Shown here piece after piece: positions 1 through 9,249 of a stretch of DNA of 40,991 nucleotides. Both the position numbers and the translations under genes were made by a program. The stretch lies in the sequence record DRR723986_14697; one strand, 5' to 3'. The notes below the pieces were generated by a model. The model saw only the letters and a program-made list of their open reading frames with translations. It ran no database searches and was not told where the DNA came from. Position 1 is the first letter of the stretch. Each line of letters starts with the position of its first letter.

Positions 1-226
1 TCCGCAAAGATGCCAGTCACCTTAGATTCTATGCTTGTCTGGTTGGAAGACCAAAGGCCGAAGACTCCAACACTGGCGGGACCTCAATCTTAAGTTTAAC
101 ATATCCTTTTTTGCCTTTGACTCCATCGTGGAACATAAGCGGATATACATAAAGAATTTTTTGATTAACTGCCTAACTGCACTGCGCACTCAGAGTTAGC
201 CTCCGTGACCAATGCTGTCAAAATTT

Positions 227-958
227 TCAAGGCAAATCAAAATTCCTTACATCCTGAATTACTTCTTGAAACTCATTTTCATGTTCCAATAGATAACTGA
301 TTTTGGAGGCAACCGATTCTGGAGAGGACAAATCCCCATTTTCCTTGTAGCTTTTGAATCGCTCTATCTCAGGAAAATCCAAACCATCTGCCTGCCGGAT
401 CTCATCTTGCATTTGCGTATCTACGATACCTGGCGCTATGCTGAAGAATCTAAATTGGGAATCAGCATTCTCTTTGGCAGCCACTTTGGTAAACATAGCA
501 ATAGCAGCCTTTGTGCTGCAATATTGGCCCCAACTTTCCATGGGCTTTGACGCGGCACCTGAACTGATGTTGCAAATGATTTTTTTAGCCGTTGAATGCT
601 TATAAGCAGCTACAAAAGCATTTGTCAGATACATTGGAGCTAGCAGATTGATATTGACACTATTCCGCATATGTTTCACCTGAAGACTGCCAACAGGCTT
701 AATCTCCCCTATCCAACCCGCATTATTTATTAATATAATTTCTTCGAACTCATCGGAAGGAAACAAGTTGGAAAGTTCAGTTTCTAAAACTTCCAACTCA
801 CCGAAATCCATGCTGATTTCGGTGAGATTTGGTTTGTTCAAGCCCAGTTTTGTTCTGGAAATAGCAATTATTTCAAACTCCTCTTTCTGCAGATAAGTAT
901 CTAAAATAGCTCTGCCGAGCCCCTTGCTATGACCTGTAAGTATGAGAAGTGACTTCAT
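227..958 (-). CDS. SDR family NAD(P)-dependent oxidoreductase (benzil/sepiapterin reductase-like)
   Basis: TGHSKGLG (TGxxxGxG), NNAG and catalytic YCSTK (YxxxK); 243 aa. Confidence 0.9.
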   Translation of the reverse strand: MKSLLILTGHSKGLGRAILDTYLQKEEFEIIAISRTKLGLNKPNLTEISMDFGELEVLETELSNLFPSDEFEEIILINNAGWIGEIKPVGSLQVKHMRNSVNINLLAPMYLTNAFVAAYKHSTAKKIICNISSGAASKPMESWGQYCSTKAAIAMFTKVAAKENADSQFRFFSIAPGIVDTQMQDEIRQADGLDFPEIERFKSYKENGDLSSPESVASKISYLLEHENEFQEVIQDVRNFDLP

Positions 959-987
959 TACCTATTGGATTTTATTTCAAATTGGAA

Positions 988-2385
988 TTAAAGAATATAC
1001 TGAGACAGATCTCTATTCTGAACCAGCGAACTCAACCTATCCTGAACCATCTCTTTGGTTACCATGATTTTCGAATTGGCAGTGATCGTATCCGGCACTT
1101 CAAACAAAAAGTCATTTAACAAGTGACTCATTACGGTGTGAAGTCTTCTCGCGCCAATATTTTCTACTTCCTGATTGATCAAGAAAGCTAATCGTGCGAT
1201 CTCTTCAATCGATTCGTCATTGAATTCCAAGTAAACTTCCTCTGATTCAAATAGCGCCTGATACTGTTTGGTGAGGGCATTTTTTGGCTCGCGCAAAATT
1301 CTGGAAAAATCTTCCTGAGTTAAACTCTGCAACTCCACGCGAATCGGGAATCTACCTTGCAATTCAGGAATTAAATCAGAAGGCTTCGCCACGTGAAATG
1401 CACCCGCAGCAATAAACAACACATGATCGGTGTTGATCACCCCATATTTGGTATTCACAGCAGAGCCTTCCACAATCGGCAGCAAATCACGCTGCACACC
1501 TTCCCGACTCACATCAGGTCCTCCACCATTTTTACCTGATTTGGAGGCAATTTTATCGATCTCATCGATGAAAATGATGCCGTTATTTTCAGCAAGTTTG
1601 ATTGCTTCCTCTTTTACTTCTTCGAAATCAACCAATTTTGACATTTCCTCTTCGAGCAAAATCTTACGCGCTTCGGAAATACTCACTTTACGTTTTTTGA
1701 CTTTTTTGGGCATCATATTGGAAATCATATCCTGAAGACCTGCCATACTGGCATCATCCATCATTCCATTTCCGATCATCCCTACACCCATCGGAGATCC
1801 TGCTTTTACACTGATCTCGATTTTGCGCTCGTCCAACTCTCCGTCACGAAGTTTCTCTCTGAATCGCTCACGGGTTCTTTCGTTTAGCTCTGCATCATTG
1901 TTTGGCTCAGCATTCGTATCCGAATCCACAGGAATAGCCCGTGTAAATCCAGCACTCTTCACCGGTGGAATCAAAATATCCAAGATAAGTTCTTCGACTG
2001 CTTCGGCCGCTTTTTCTTTGACAGATTCATTCTTTTGCTCTCTGACCAATGCCACAGACTGCTCCACCAAGTCACGGACCATGCTTTCTACGTCGCGCCC
2101 TACGTAGCCTACTTCGGTAAATTTAGAAGCTTCAACTTTGGTGAATGGGGCATGAGCCACCTTAGCCAATCTCCTAGCGATCTCAGTCTTACCTACACCG
2201 GTAGAACCGATCATCAGGATGTTATTTGGCACAATGTCCTTTTGTATATCCGTCTTTACCATCAAACGACGGATTCTGTTTCTCAGCGCAATCGCTACAT
2301 TACGCTTGGCATCGTGCTGCCCAATGATATATTTATCCAACTCAGCGACAATTTGTCTCGGAGTAAGTGAAAGTATTTTTTCCAT
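988..2385 (-). CDS. hslU: ATP-dependent protease ATPase subunit HslU (ClpY)
   Basis: LTPRQIVAELDKYIIGQ N-terminus, Walker A GSTGVGKT, FTEVGYVG pore loop, FIDEIDK, GVQRDLLP, NIGARRL, C-terminal DLSQYIL. Confidence 0.97.
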   Translation of the reverse strand: MEKILSLTPRQIVAELDKYIIGQHDAKRNVAIALRNRIRRLMVKTDIQKDIVPNNILMIGSTGVGKTEIARRLAKVAHAPFTKVEASKFTEVGYVGRDVESMVRDLVEQSVALVREQKNESVKEKAAEAVEELILDILIPPVKSAGFTRAIPVDSDTNAEPNNDAELNERTRERFREKLRDGELDERKIEISVKAGSPMGVGMIGNGMMDDASMAGLQDMISNMMPKKVKKRKVSISEARKILLEEEMSKLVDFEEVKEEAIKLAENNGIIFIDEIDKIASKSGKNGGGPDVSREGVQRDLLPIVEGSAVNTKYGVINTDHVLFIAAGAFHVAKPSDLIPELQGRFPIRVELQSLTQEDFSRILREPKNALTKQYQALFESEEVYLEFNDESIEEIARLAFLINQEVENIGARRLHTVMSHLLNDFLFEVPDTITANSKIMVTKEMVQDRLSSLVQNRDLSQYIL

Positions 2386-2460
2386 GTTGTTAGGTTAAAA
2401 TGCGCTCAGACCGTAGTGGTTAAGTTTCGATCTAAAGCTTTGTGGTATGATAGTTAAAGG

Positions 2461-2489
2461 AAAGTGCCTCCTGAACAGGAAGCACTTTT
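2461..2489 (-). terminator. Intrinsic terminator-like hairpin after lon
   Basis: Minus strand AAAAGTGCTTCCTG-TT-CAGGAGGCACTTT followed by CCTTT, about 10 nt past the lon stop. Confidence 0.65.
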
Positions 2490-2497
2490 ATCTTTGA

Positions 2498-4975
2498 TTA
2501 GTTTTCTTTTCCGTTGTCAGACTGAAGATTAAAGTGAAGAGGGTGATCTACTTTGGTTTTAAGTAAAGCAATCTCCAAAACCTCCTCAACTCTGTTCACA
2601 AAGTGAAATTCTACTCCTTTCACGTATTGCTCATCGATCTCTTCGATATCGCGTTTGTTTTTACTACAAAGGATGATTTCCTTGATTCCAGCTCTTTTCG
2701 CAGCCAAGATTTTCTCCTTGATTCCACCTACAGGCATTACTTTGCCTATTAAGCTGATTTCTCCAGTCATAGCCACTTTCGCTTTTACTTTTCTCTGGGT
2801 AAAAACAGAAGCCATTGCTGTCAGCATAGTAATACCAGCCGAAGGTCCATCTTTAGGAACAGCTCCTGCAGGCACGTGAATATGAAGATCGTATTGATCA
2901 AAGACTCTATGGTCAATTCCTAGCGTTTCCGCCTTAGACTTCAAATAAGACAATGCGGTCATAGCCGATTCCTTCATCACATCACCAAGTTGTCCAGATA
3001 GCGTAAGTTTCCCTTTGCCTCGGCTCAAGCTTGTCTCAATGAATAAAATCTCACCGCCAACACTTGTCCAAGCCAAGCCAGTGACCACTCCTGCAATGCT
3101 GTTATCAGTATATGACTCCTTATCGAAGATTTCAGAACCCAAGATTTTCCTTACAGCAGCAGCTGTGATTTTAGGGCTATATTCCTCTTCCATAGCAATT
3201 GACTTGGCAATATTTCTTACCACTTTCCCGATTGCTCTTTCCAAGCTTCTCACACCGGATTCTCTAGTATAATCTTCTATCAACTTCACCAACGCTGCTT
3301 TGTCAAATGTAATCTGCTTGGCTTTCAACCCATGCTCTTTGCGCTGTTTTGGTACCAAGTGGCGCTTAGCTATTTCCACTTTCTCTTCCTGGGTATATCC
3401 AGTCACCTCTATGATTTCCATTCTATCCCGCAATGCAGGTTGAATAGTGTCCAATGAGTTGGCTGTAGCAATGAAAAGAACCTTACTCAAATCATATTCT
3501 ACTTCAAGGTAATTGTCCAAGAAAGCATTGTTTTGCTCGGGATCAAGAACCTCAAGGAATGCCGAGGAAGGATCTCCGCGGAAGTCAGAAGAAAGCTTGT
3601 CAATCTCATCCAACACATAAACCGGATTGGAGATTTTGACCTTTTTCATGTTTTGGATGATCTTACCAGGCATCGCGCCTACGTAAGTTTTACGGTGACC
3701 GCGAATCTCCGCTTCGTCATGCATACCCCCAAGAGACATTCTGACGTATTTACGACCCAGCGCAGCTGCAATAGACTTTCCTAAGGAAGTCTTACCTACA
3801 CCTGGAGGGCCATAGAGACATAGAATTGGACCTTTAAGGTCATTCTTCAACTTCAATACTGCCAAATATTCGATGATTCTTTCTTTGACTTTTTCCAGCC
3901 CGAAGTGATCTCCATCCAATACTTTCTTGGCATGATTCAGATCAAAATTATCCTGAGTAAACTCGTTCCATGGCAACTCAACCATAGTTTCAGCATAATT
4001 CAAGGCAATTGGATATTCTGCTGCAGAAGGGTTAATTCTTAGGATTTTATCCAGTTCTTTTTCAAAGTGTTTTTTCACTTCAGCAGGCCAGTTTTTCTTA
4101 GCCCCACGAAGACGCAAATCTTCTACTTCCTTCTCTGGTCCTTCATCGCCAAGCTCCGTTTGAAGCACTTTCATCTGCTGACGCAAGAAGTAATCCCGTT
4201 GCTGCTGATCAATGTCAGTGTGCACTTTCTTCTGAATTTCAGATTTCAACTCCAGCATCTGGATGTCTTTCATCATGAATTCCAGCAAAAGCGTCGCACG
4301 CTCTACGCCATCATTAATCTCCAATAATCTCTGCTTGGCTTCCACCGGAGCATTGATATTGGAAGAAAGAAAATGAGTAAGGAAAGGGGTATTATCAATA
4401 TTATCTAAAGCTACTTGTGCCTCACGGGGAATTTCAGGATTCAAGTGAAGAATTCGCGTGGCAGATTCCTTCAAAGATTCCTCAAGCGCTTGAATTTTCT
4501 TGGAGCTTTTTGGAAAATTCTCTTCCAGATACTCTGCTTTAGCAATAAAATAGGGATCATCAGTGATTTGCTCACTGACTTTAAAACGCTTCTTGCCCTG
4601 GATAATAATTGTAGTATTTCCATCAGGAAGTACGATCATTTTGATGATTTTGGCGAGAGTCCCTACTTGGTAGATATCTTCCCATCCTGGATCATCTATG
4701 TTTGGATTGATCTGAGCACACACTCCTATCAACTTATTTCCCTTTTGGGCTTTCTTCACAAGACGGATGGATCGCTGCCTACCGACAGTGATAGGAATCA
4801 CAACTCCTGGGAAAAGAACTGTATTTCTTACTGTAAGTATTGGAATCTCTTCTTCAAGGACTTCCTTTCCTTGTGAATCATCCTCTTCGTCGGTTATCAG
4901 CTGGATCAGATCTCCCTCACCGGCATATTCACCGACCATTAAGTTTTGAAACACAGAATTTTCGAATTGGCTCAT
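2498..4975 (-). CDS. lon: Lon protease (endopeptidase La)
   Basis: LON N-domain (RNTVLFPGVV), [24 protein letters not shown], catalytic PKDGPSAG, GGIKEK; 825 aa. Confidence 0.98.
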   Translation of the reverse strand: MSQFENSVFQNLMVGEYAGEGDLIQLITDEEDDSQGKEVLEEEIPILTVRNTVLFPGVVIPITVGRQRSIRLVKKAQKGNKLIGVCAQINPNIDDPGWEDIYQVGTLAKIIKMIVLPDGNTTIIIQGKKRFKVSEQITDDPYFIAKAEYLEENFPKSSKKIQALEESLKESATRILHLNPEIPREAQVALDNIDNTPFLTHFLSSNINAPVEAKQRLLEINDGVERATLLLEFMMKDIQMLELKSEIQKKVHTDIDQQQRDYFLRQQMKVLQTELGDEGPEKEVEDLRLRGAKKNWPAEVKKHFEKELDKILRINPSAAEYPIALNYAETMVELPWNEFTQDNFDLNHAKKVLDGDHFGLEKVKERIIEYLAVLKLKNDLKGPILCLYGPPGVGKTSLGKSIAAALGRKYVRMSLGGMHDEAEIRGHRKTYVGAMPGKIIQNMKKVKISNPVYVLDEIDKLSSDFRGDPSSAFLEVLDPEQNNAFLDNYLEVEYDLSKVLFIATANSLDTIQPALRDRMEIIEVTGYTQEEKVEIAKRHLVPKQRKEHGLKAKQITFDKAALVKLIEDYTRESGVRSLERAIGKVVRNIAKSIAMEEEYSPKITAAAVRKILGSEIFDKESYTDNSIAGVVTGLAWTSVGGEILFIETSLSRGKGKLTLSGQLGDVMKESAMTALSYLKSKAETLGIDHRVFDQYDLHIHVPAGAVPKDGPSAGITMLTAMASVFTQRKVKAKVAMTGEISLIGKVMPVGGIKEKILAAKRAGIKEIILCSKNKRDIEEIDEQYVKGVEFHFVNRVEEVLEIALLKTKVDHPLHFNLQSDNGKEN

Positions 4976-5015
4976 ATAGACAGAATGACAGCTAAGCTGT
5001 CGGTTTTATGCTAAA

Positions 5016-5050
5016 ATAAAAGAAGAACCCTCAAAATACGAAGGTTCTTC
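5016..5050 (-). terminator. Terminator-like hairpin between the beta-barrel gene and lon
   Basis: Minus strand GAAGAACCTTC-GTATTTT-GAGGGTTCTTC followed by TTTTATTTT. Confidence 0.55.
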
Positions 5051-5058
5051 CTAAAAGG

Positions 5059-5074
5059 TCAAGGTGCATGCCAA
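5059..5074 (-). promoter_or_regulatory. Sigma54-like (-24/-12) promoter candidate for lon
   Basis: Minus strand TTGGCATGCACCTTGA = TGGCA-N6-TTG, correct spacing, but the -12 GC is GA. Confidence 0.45.
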
Positions 5075-5184
5075 AGGCTGAAGTGGTCAGATTGGCAGAT
5101 TACAAGTTATATTTCACTTCAAAATCTTCAACTTAAAGGATGTAAATGTATAACCACCAAATATTAGAGATTACAAGATACTGA

Positions 5185-6414
5185 TCATAGCTCAATTCCC
5201 ACAGACAGGGTACCCACCAAATAATTATAAACTGCATGATAGGTAAGTGGATAGAAATCCAGGTTTTTGATGAGAAAATCCCCTTTAAGCTCAACAAACA
5301 AACCTGTCTTCTCCGACAAGGCATGTATATACCCTACTTTTAAATTTGGGCTTACAGCCATTTCCGATCGATCCACAAATATCGAATTGATCACATTCGG
5401 GTTCGGTTCTCCATTATCAATAATGAGCTCGCCCATATCAGGCTCGAATTTCGAAGCCCAGAAAGTCAACCCGACTCCAGTGTAAATCTCATTCCTATTT
5501 TGCCTAAATACAATATAACTCAAATGAATAGGGACTAAGAAAGATGATGATTTGTACTTTTCACGTCCCGATAGCTCAAAAGACACCAGCTTAGCATCCA
5601 ACTGTAACGTATTGCTTTCTGAAATATACCCTAGACCAAGATCTACTATCAGCCTCGGTGCATTCCTAAATTCGCTGAACCTTACTCCTAATTCAAAATA
5701 AGGTAAGCTTCCCTTATCTAAACTATAACTTACATCCTTCTGTGTTGAGTAATGTTCAATCATACCGATTAAGCCTAGTCCACCCTGAAGTCTAAAAGCC
5801 AATTTAGAATAAGGGACCTGAGAAGCATAAATTTCAAATGGCTGACTATTGCATTTATAATACTCTGTAAACAATGAAATCAAATCTCTATCAATCAGGC
5901 TGGTTGATTCTATCTTTCTCTTAAGACCAACTCCACACTCATCATTCATGGCCAAGGTCAGCACACCTACATATTGGTTACTGTTCACATTCACTAGTTT
6001 CCCATTTTCAGTCCTAGTGGATTGATTTACTTTGAGTTCTATAATTACGCCTTCCCGATTGATAAAATATTTATTATCCCATTTATACAGGTCCATCATA
6101 CCTGAAACTAGTACTTGTACGAAAACCGCCTTATCCCTCAATGGAATGATTTCAGATTTAAAATATCTTCCATTCTCTAATCCAAAACCTTGGATTTCAC
6201 CAGGTAGATAAACTGATTTTTCACCTGACTGGGAAATAAATATAAGTTCAGGATAAATCTCCAAGTCAAACTGGCCTTCAATATCTCCTATAATCTCATC
6301 ACCATTATTTAGGATTACAAAGTCACTCATCACTTTCACCTCCTGAGCGAAAGACGCTAAGGATAGAAATAATAAACCAAGCGAAAACAGTGTTTTAGAA
6401 GTTCTTAATTTCAT
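5185..6414 (-). CDS. Hypothetical secreted protein with probable C-terminal outer-membrane beta-barrel (PorT/OMP-like)
   Basis: Sec signal (…SLASFA-Q), typical Bacteroidota N-domain (DFVILNNGDEIIGDI), alternating beta-strand pattern in the C-terminal half ending LSVGIEL. Confidence 0.6.
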   Translation of the reverse strand: MKLRTSKTLFSLGLLFLSLASFAQEVKVMSDFVILNNGDEIIGDIEGQFDLEIYPELIFISQSGEKSVYLPGEIQGFGLENGRYFKSEIIPLRDKAVFVQVLVSGMMDLYKWDNKYFINREGVIIELKVNQSTRTENGKLVNVNSNQYVGVLTLAMNDECGVGLKRKIESTSLIDRDLISLFTEYYKCNSQPFEIYASQVPYSKLAFRLQGGLGLIGMIEHYSTQKDVSYSLDKGSLPYFELGVRFSEFRNAPRLIVDLGLGYISESNTLQLDAKLVSFELSGREKYKSSSFLVPIHLSYIVFRQNRNEIYTGVGLTFWASKFEPDMGELIIDNGEPNPNVINSIFVDRSEMAVSPNLKVGYIHALSEKTGLFVELKGDFLIKNLDFYPLTYHAVYNYLVGTLSVGIEL

Positions 6415-6477
6415 TACTAATAATTTTTGCCCTAAAAATAGATAAACAAATTATATGGACAAGAGAGATAGCAACAT

Positions 6478-6505
6478 AAAAAAAGCCGAGATTTCTCCCG
6501 GCTTT
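6478..6505 (-). terminator. Intrinsic terminator after rseP
   Basis: Minus strand AAAGCCGGGAG-AAAT-CTCGGCTTTTTTT. Confidence 0.75.
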
Positions 6506-6525
6506 GAATTCTAATTTTTAATGAC

Positions 6526-7851
6526 TTATCCCTCCCCAGTAAACAGCTTCAGCACGTCGTTTCCGATAGCAAAAACCATCAAAGCGAGGAGTATGACCAT
6601 TCCGACTTTCTGAGCATTCTCAAGGAATCTATCAGAAGGCGCACGACCGGAAATCATTTCATAAAGCAAGAATATCACATGTCCTCCATCCAAAGCAGGA
6701 ATAGGCAAGAGATTCATAAATGCGAGAATCATTGAAATTAAACCGGTAATTGTCCAGAACTTAGTCCAGTTCCAAGTATCTCCGTAGATTTTTGCCATAC
6801 CTATAGGTCCGCTGACGTTTTTGGTAGAAACCTCACCTGTAAACATCTTACCCATTGCTTTTGCATTTACAATGACAACTGTGAATGCTTTGGTAGTTCC
6901 TTTTTTCAGTGCTTCAGCAAAACCATATTTGCGTTGCACCATATCGATCAAAGGATTCACAGCAATATCTATAGTGCCTCGATCAGTCACTGCCACTATT
7001 GTATGAATAGTATCATTAGCGCTAGTCAACAATTCAATATCAGCTTCTTGATCTTTAGCTTTCGCAAGCTCAGTTTTAAGTTCGTCGAAGTAAGTGATGG
7101 CCTTACCATTTACAGACAGAATCTTATCATCGATGGTAATTCCAGCTTTCTCAGCAGCACCACCTTCGTCTATTTTGAGTAATTCAAAAGGATATCGAAT
7201 TTCGACAAAGCTGTTGATTGCTTCCTGACTGTTGAAGGAATTGATAAAACCTCTAGGGATTTCTACTTTGATAATCTCACCTCCACGGTCAACAGTGTAA
7301 TACCCATTTTCGCTAAGCAAAGCCGAACCAGCAGTCAAATCGTTAATGGATTGGTAAGGTTCACCATTAATATCCAAAATCTTATCCCCTGTTTTCAAGC
7401 CAATAGATTCACCGATTTCCAGCGCTTCTATACCGTTTTCTACTACTTGATCACGGGAATAATAAGTTTCCCCATTATTATAAACCAAGACCACAAAAAT
7501 GACAATACCTGTAACGACGTTAACAATAATTCCCCCCAGCATCACGATCAGACGCTGCCAAGCTGGTTTAGATCTGAATTCCCATGGTTGAGGAGGACCT
7601 GCCATTTGGTCGGCGTCCATAGATTCGTCCACCATTCCGGAGATTTTCACAAATCCTCCAAGCGGAATTGCTCCTATAGAATATTCCGTTTCTCCCCACT
7701 GGAAACCAGCAATTTTGGGAGGAAATCCGATAGAAAATTTCTCTACTCTCATGCCAAACATCTTGGCGGTAAGCAAGTGGCCCAACTCATGTAAACCCAC
7801 TAGGATTGATAATCCAAGGAGCAACTGGCCCACCATAATTAAGGTATCCAT
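6526..7851 (-). CDS. rseP: RIP metalloprotease RseP (M50)
   Basis: HELGH zinc motif, FSIGF, PLGGFV, PDZ regions, NLLPIPALDGG; canonical position after dxr with a 1-nt TAATG overlap. Confidence 0.96.
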   Translation of the reverse strand: MDTLIMVGQLLLGLSILVGLHELGHLLTAKMFGMRVEKFSIGFPPKIAGFQWGETEYSIGAIPLGGFVKISGMVDESMDADQMAGPPQPWEFRSKPAWQRLIVMLGGIIVNVVTGIVIFVVLVYNNGETYYSRDQVVENGIEALEIGESIGLKTGDKILDINGEPYQSINDLTAGSALLSENGYYTVDRGGEIIKVEIPRGFINSFNSQEAINSFVEIRYPFELLKIDEGGAAEKAGITIDDKILSVNGKAITYFDELKTELAKAKDQEADIELLTSANDTIHTIVAVTDRGTIDIAVNPLIDMVQRKYGFAEALKKGTTKAFTVVIVNAKAMGKMFTGEVSTKNVSGPIGMAKIYGDTWNWTKFWTITGLISMILAFMNLLPIPALDGGHVIFLLYEMISGRAPSDRFLENAQKVGMVILLALMVFAIGNDVLKLFTGEG

Positions 7852-9017
7852 TATACTTTATTCGTTATTAGTTCTTTTGTAATTTCTCTCGCCCGCATAT
7901 CCATCTCCACATAATCTTCCAAATTTGGATGTGCAATAAACTCAGCTTTTTCGAGAGTTTCGCCAATCAAATCCGACATTTCTAGAAAACCAACTTCTTT
8001 ATTCAAGAAAGCAGCTACTGCAATTTCATTAGCAGCATTCAGTACACAAGGTGCTGTACCGCCTTTTGCAAGAGCATCATATGCTAATTGAAGGTTTTGA
8101 AAAGTCTTTAAATCCGGCTGCTCGAAGGTCAATTGAGGGTAATTCATAAAGTCAAATCTTTCGAAATCACTTTTTAACCGATCCGGAAAGCTTAGGGCAA
8201 ACTGAATTGGGATACGCATATCCGGCAATCCGAGTTGTGCTTTTATAGATCCATCCTCAAATTGCACCATAGAATGAATGATACTCTGTGGATGTACGAC
8301 TACATCTATCTGTTCGGTTTTCAGGCCAAAGAGCCACTTTGCTTCAATCACTTCCAGCCCCTTATTCATCAAGGAAGCTGAGTCAATCGTGATTTTGGCA
8401 CCCATATCCCAATTAGGATGCTTGAGGGCTTGTTCACGCGTCACTGTCTCCAGGAATTTTCTATCTTTTCCTCTGAAAGGACCGCCGGAAGCTGTCAGAA
8501 TAATCTTTTCGATTGGGTTATGGAATTCACCGATCAGACATTGAAAAATCGCTGAATGTTCAGAATCCACAGGATAAATATTCACTCGGTTTTCTTTTGC
8601 GAGAGCAGTGATAATTTCTCCGGCTACAACAAGTGTTTCTTTATTTGCTAAGGCAATTTGCTTGCCTGTTTTAATTGCATTTACCGTAGGAATAAGGCCA
8701 GAATAACCTACCAATGCAGTCAAAACTACATCGATCGTATCCATTTCTACTACCTGTGCAATTGCTTTGGTGCCTGCATACACTTTGATATCCTTTGGCT
8801 GTAAGACATCACGTACTTTTTCATACAAGCTCTCATTGCCTATTACCACGACATTTGGAGAAAACTCCAGAGCCTGAGTTATAAGTAAATCTGCATTATT
8901 TTGGGCCGTAAGAACCTCTACGATAAAGTCTTCAGGATGCTGACGAATCACCTCTAAGGTTTGAGTACCAATGCTTCCGGTGCTGCCCAGGATGGCTACG
9001 CGTTTGGGTTCTGTCAT
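7851..9017 (-). CDS. dxr: 1-deoxy-D-xylulose-5-phosphate reductoisomerase
   Basis: GSTGSIG, LANKE, PVDSEH, TASGGPF, HPNWDMGAKITIDSA, NKGLE. Confidence 0.98.
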   Translation of the reverse strand: MTEPKRVAILGSTGSIGTQTLEVIRQHPEDFIVEVLTAQNNADLLITQALEFSPNVVVIGNESLYEKVRDVLQPKDIKVYAGTKAIAQVVEMDTIDVVLTALVGYSGLIPTVNAIKTGKQIALANKETLVVAGEIITALAKENRVNIYPVDSEHSAIFQCLIGEFHNPIEKIILTASGGPFRGKDRKFLETVTREQALKHPNWDMGAKITIDSASLMNKGLEVIEAKWLFGLKTEQIDVVVHPQSIIHSMVQFEDGSIKAQLGLPDMRIPIQFALSFPDRLKSDFERFDFMNYPQLTFEQPDLKTFQNLQLAYDALAKGGTAPCVLNAANEIAVAAFLNKEVGFLEMSDLIGETLEKAEFIAHPNLEDYVEMDMRAREITKELITNKV

Positions 9018-9080
9018 TCAGTTTGGGATTGTCGAGTAATTAAAACCCTTAATGATTTGAAGAGTTTTCTCAATAGCTGA

Positions 9081-9088
9081 CAAAATTA
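9081..9088 (-). promoter_or_regulatory. Bacteroidota -7 promoter element for dxr-rseP
   Basis: Minus strand TAATTTTG matches TAnnTTTG, 64 nt upstream of the dxr start; no well-spaced -33 element seen. Confidence 0.45.
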
Positions 9089-9249
9089 CAAGATGCTCCC
9101 ACTTTTCCTCGTACAAATCGTCAGTTTTTGCCAAATGGCATAATATTCAAGCACAAAAGAGAGCGTTTATCCTGTTTAGGAACTTAAAAAATGTGAATTT
9201 ATTCAACGGAAAACTTTCACACTCGTCAAATTGATAAAATGATTCATCT

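Noticed and set aside
150..235. TTTTGACAGC on the minus strand resembling the Bacteroidota tmRNA 5' region
   Set aside because: No GGGG 5' acceptor stem, tag reading frame or T-arm/CCA end visible, and it abuts the SDR stop codon
5097..5177. 10-bp direct repeat AGATTACAAG (5097-5106, 5168-5177) as a possible target-site duplication
   Set aside because: It flanks only about 60 bp with no element inside; chance or promoter-like sequence is as likely
9129..9150. TGCCA-AA-TGGCA and TGGCATAATATTCA upstream of the HtrA gene as a second sigma54-like site
   Set aside because: The -12 element and spacing do not fit TGGCA-N6-TTG; too weak alone, but worth including in the lon motif search
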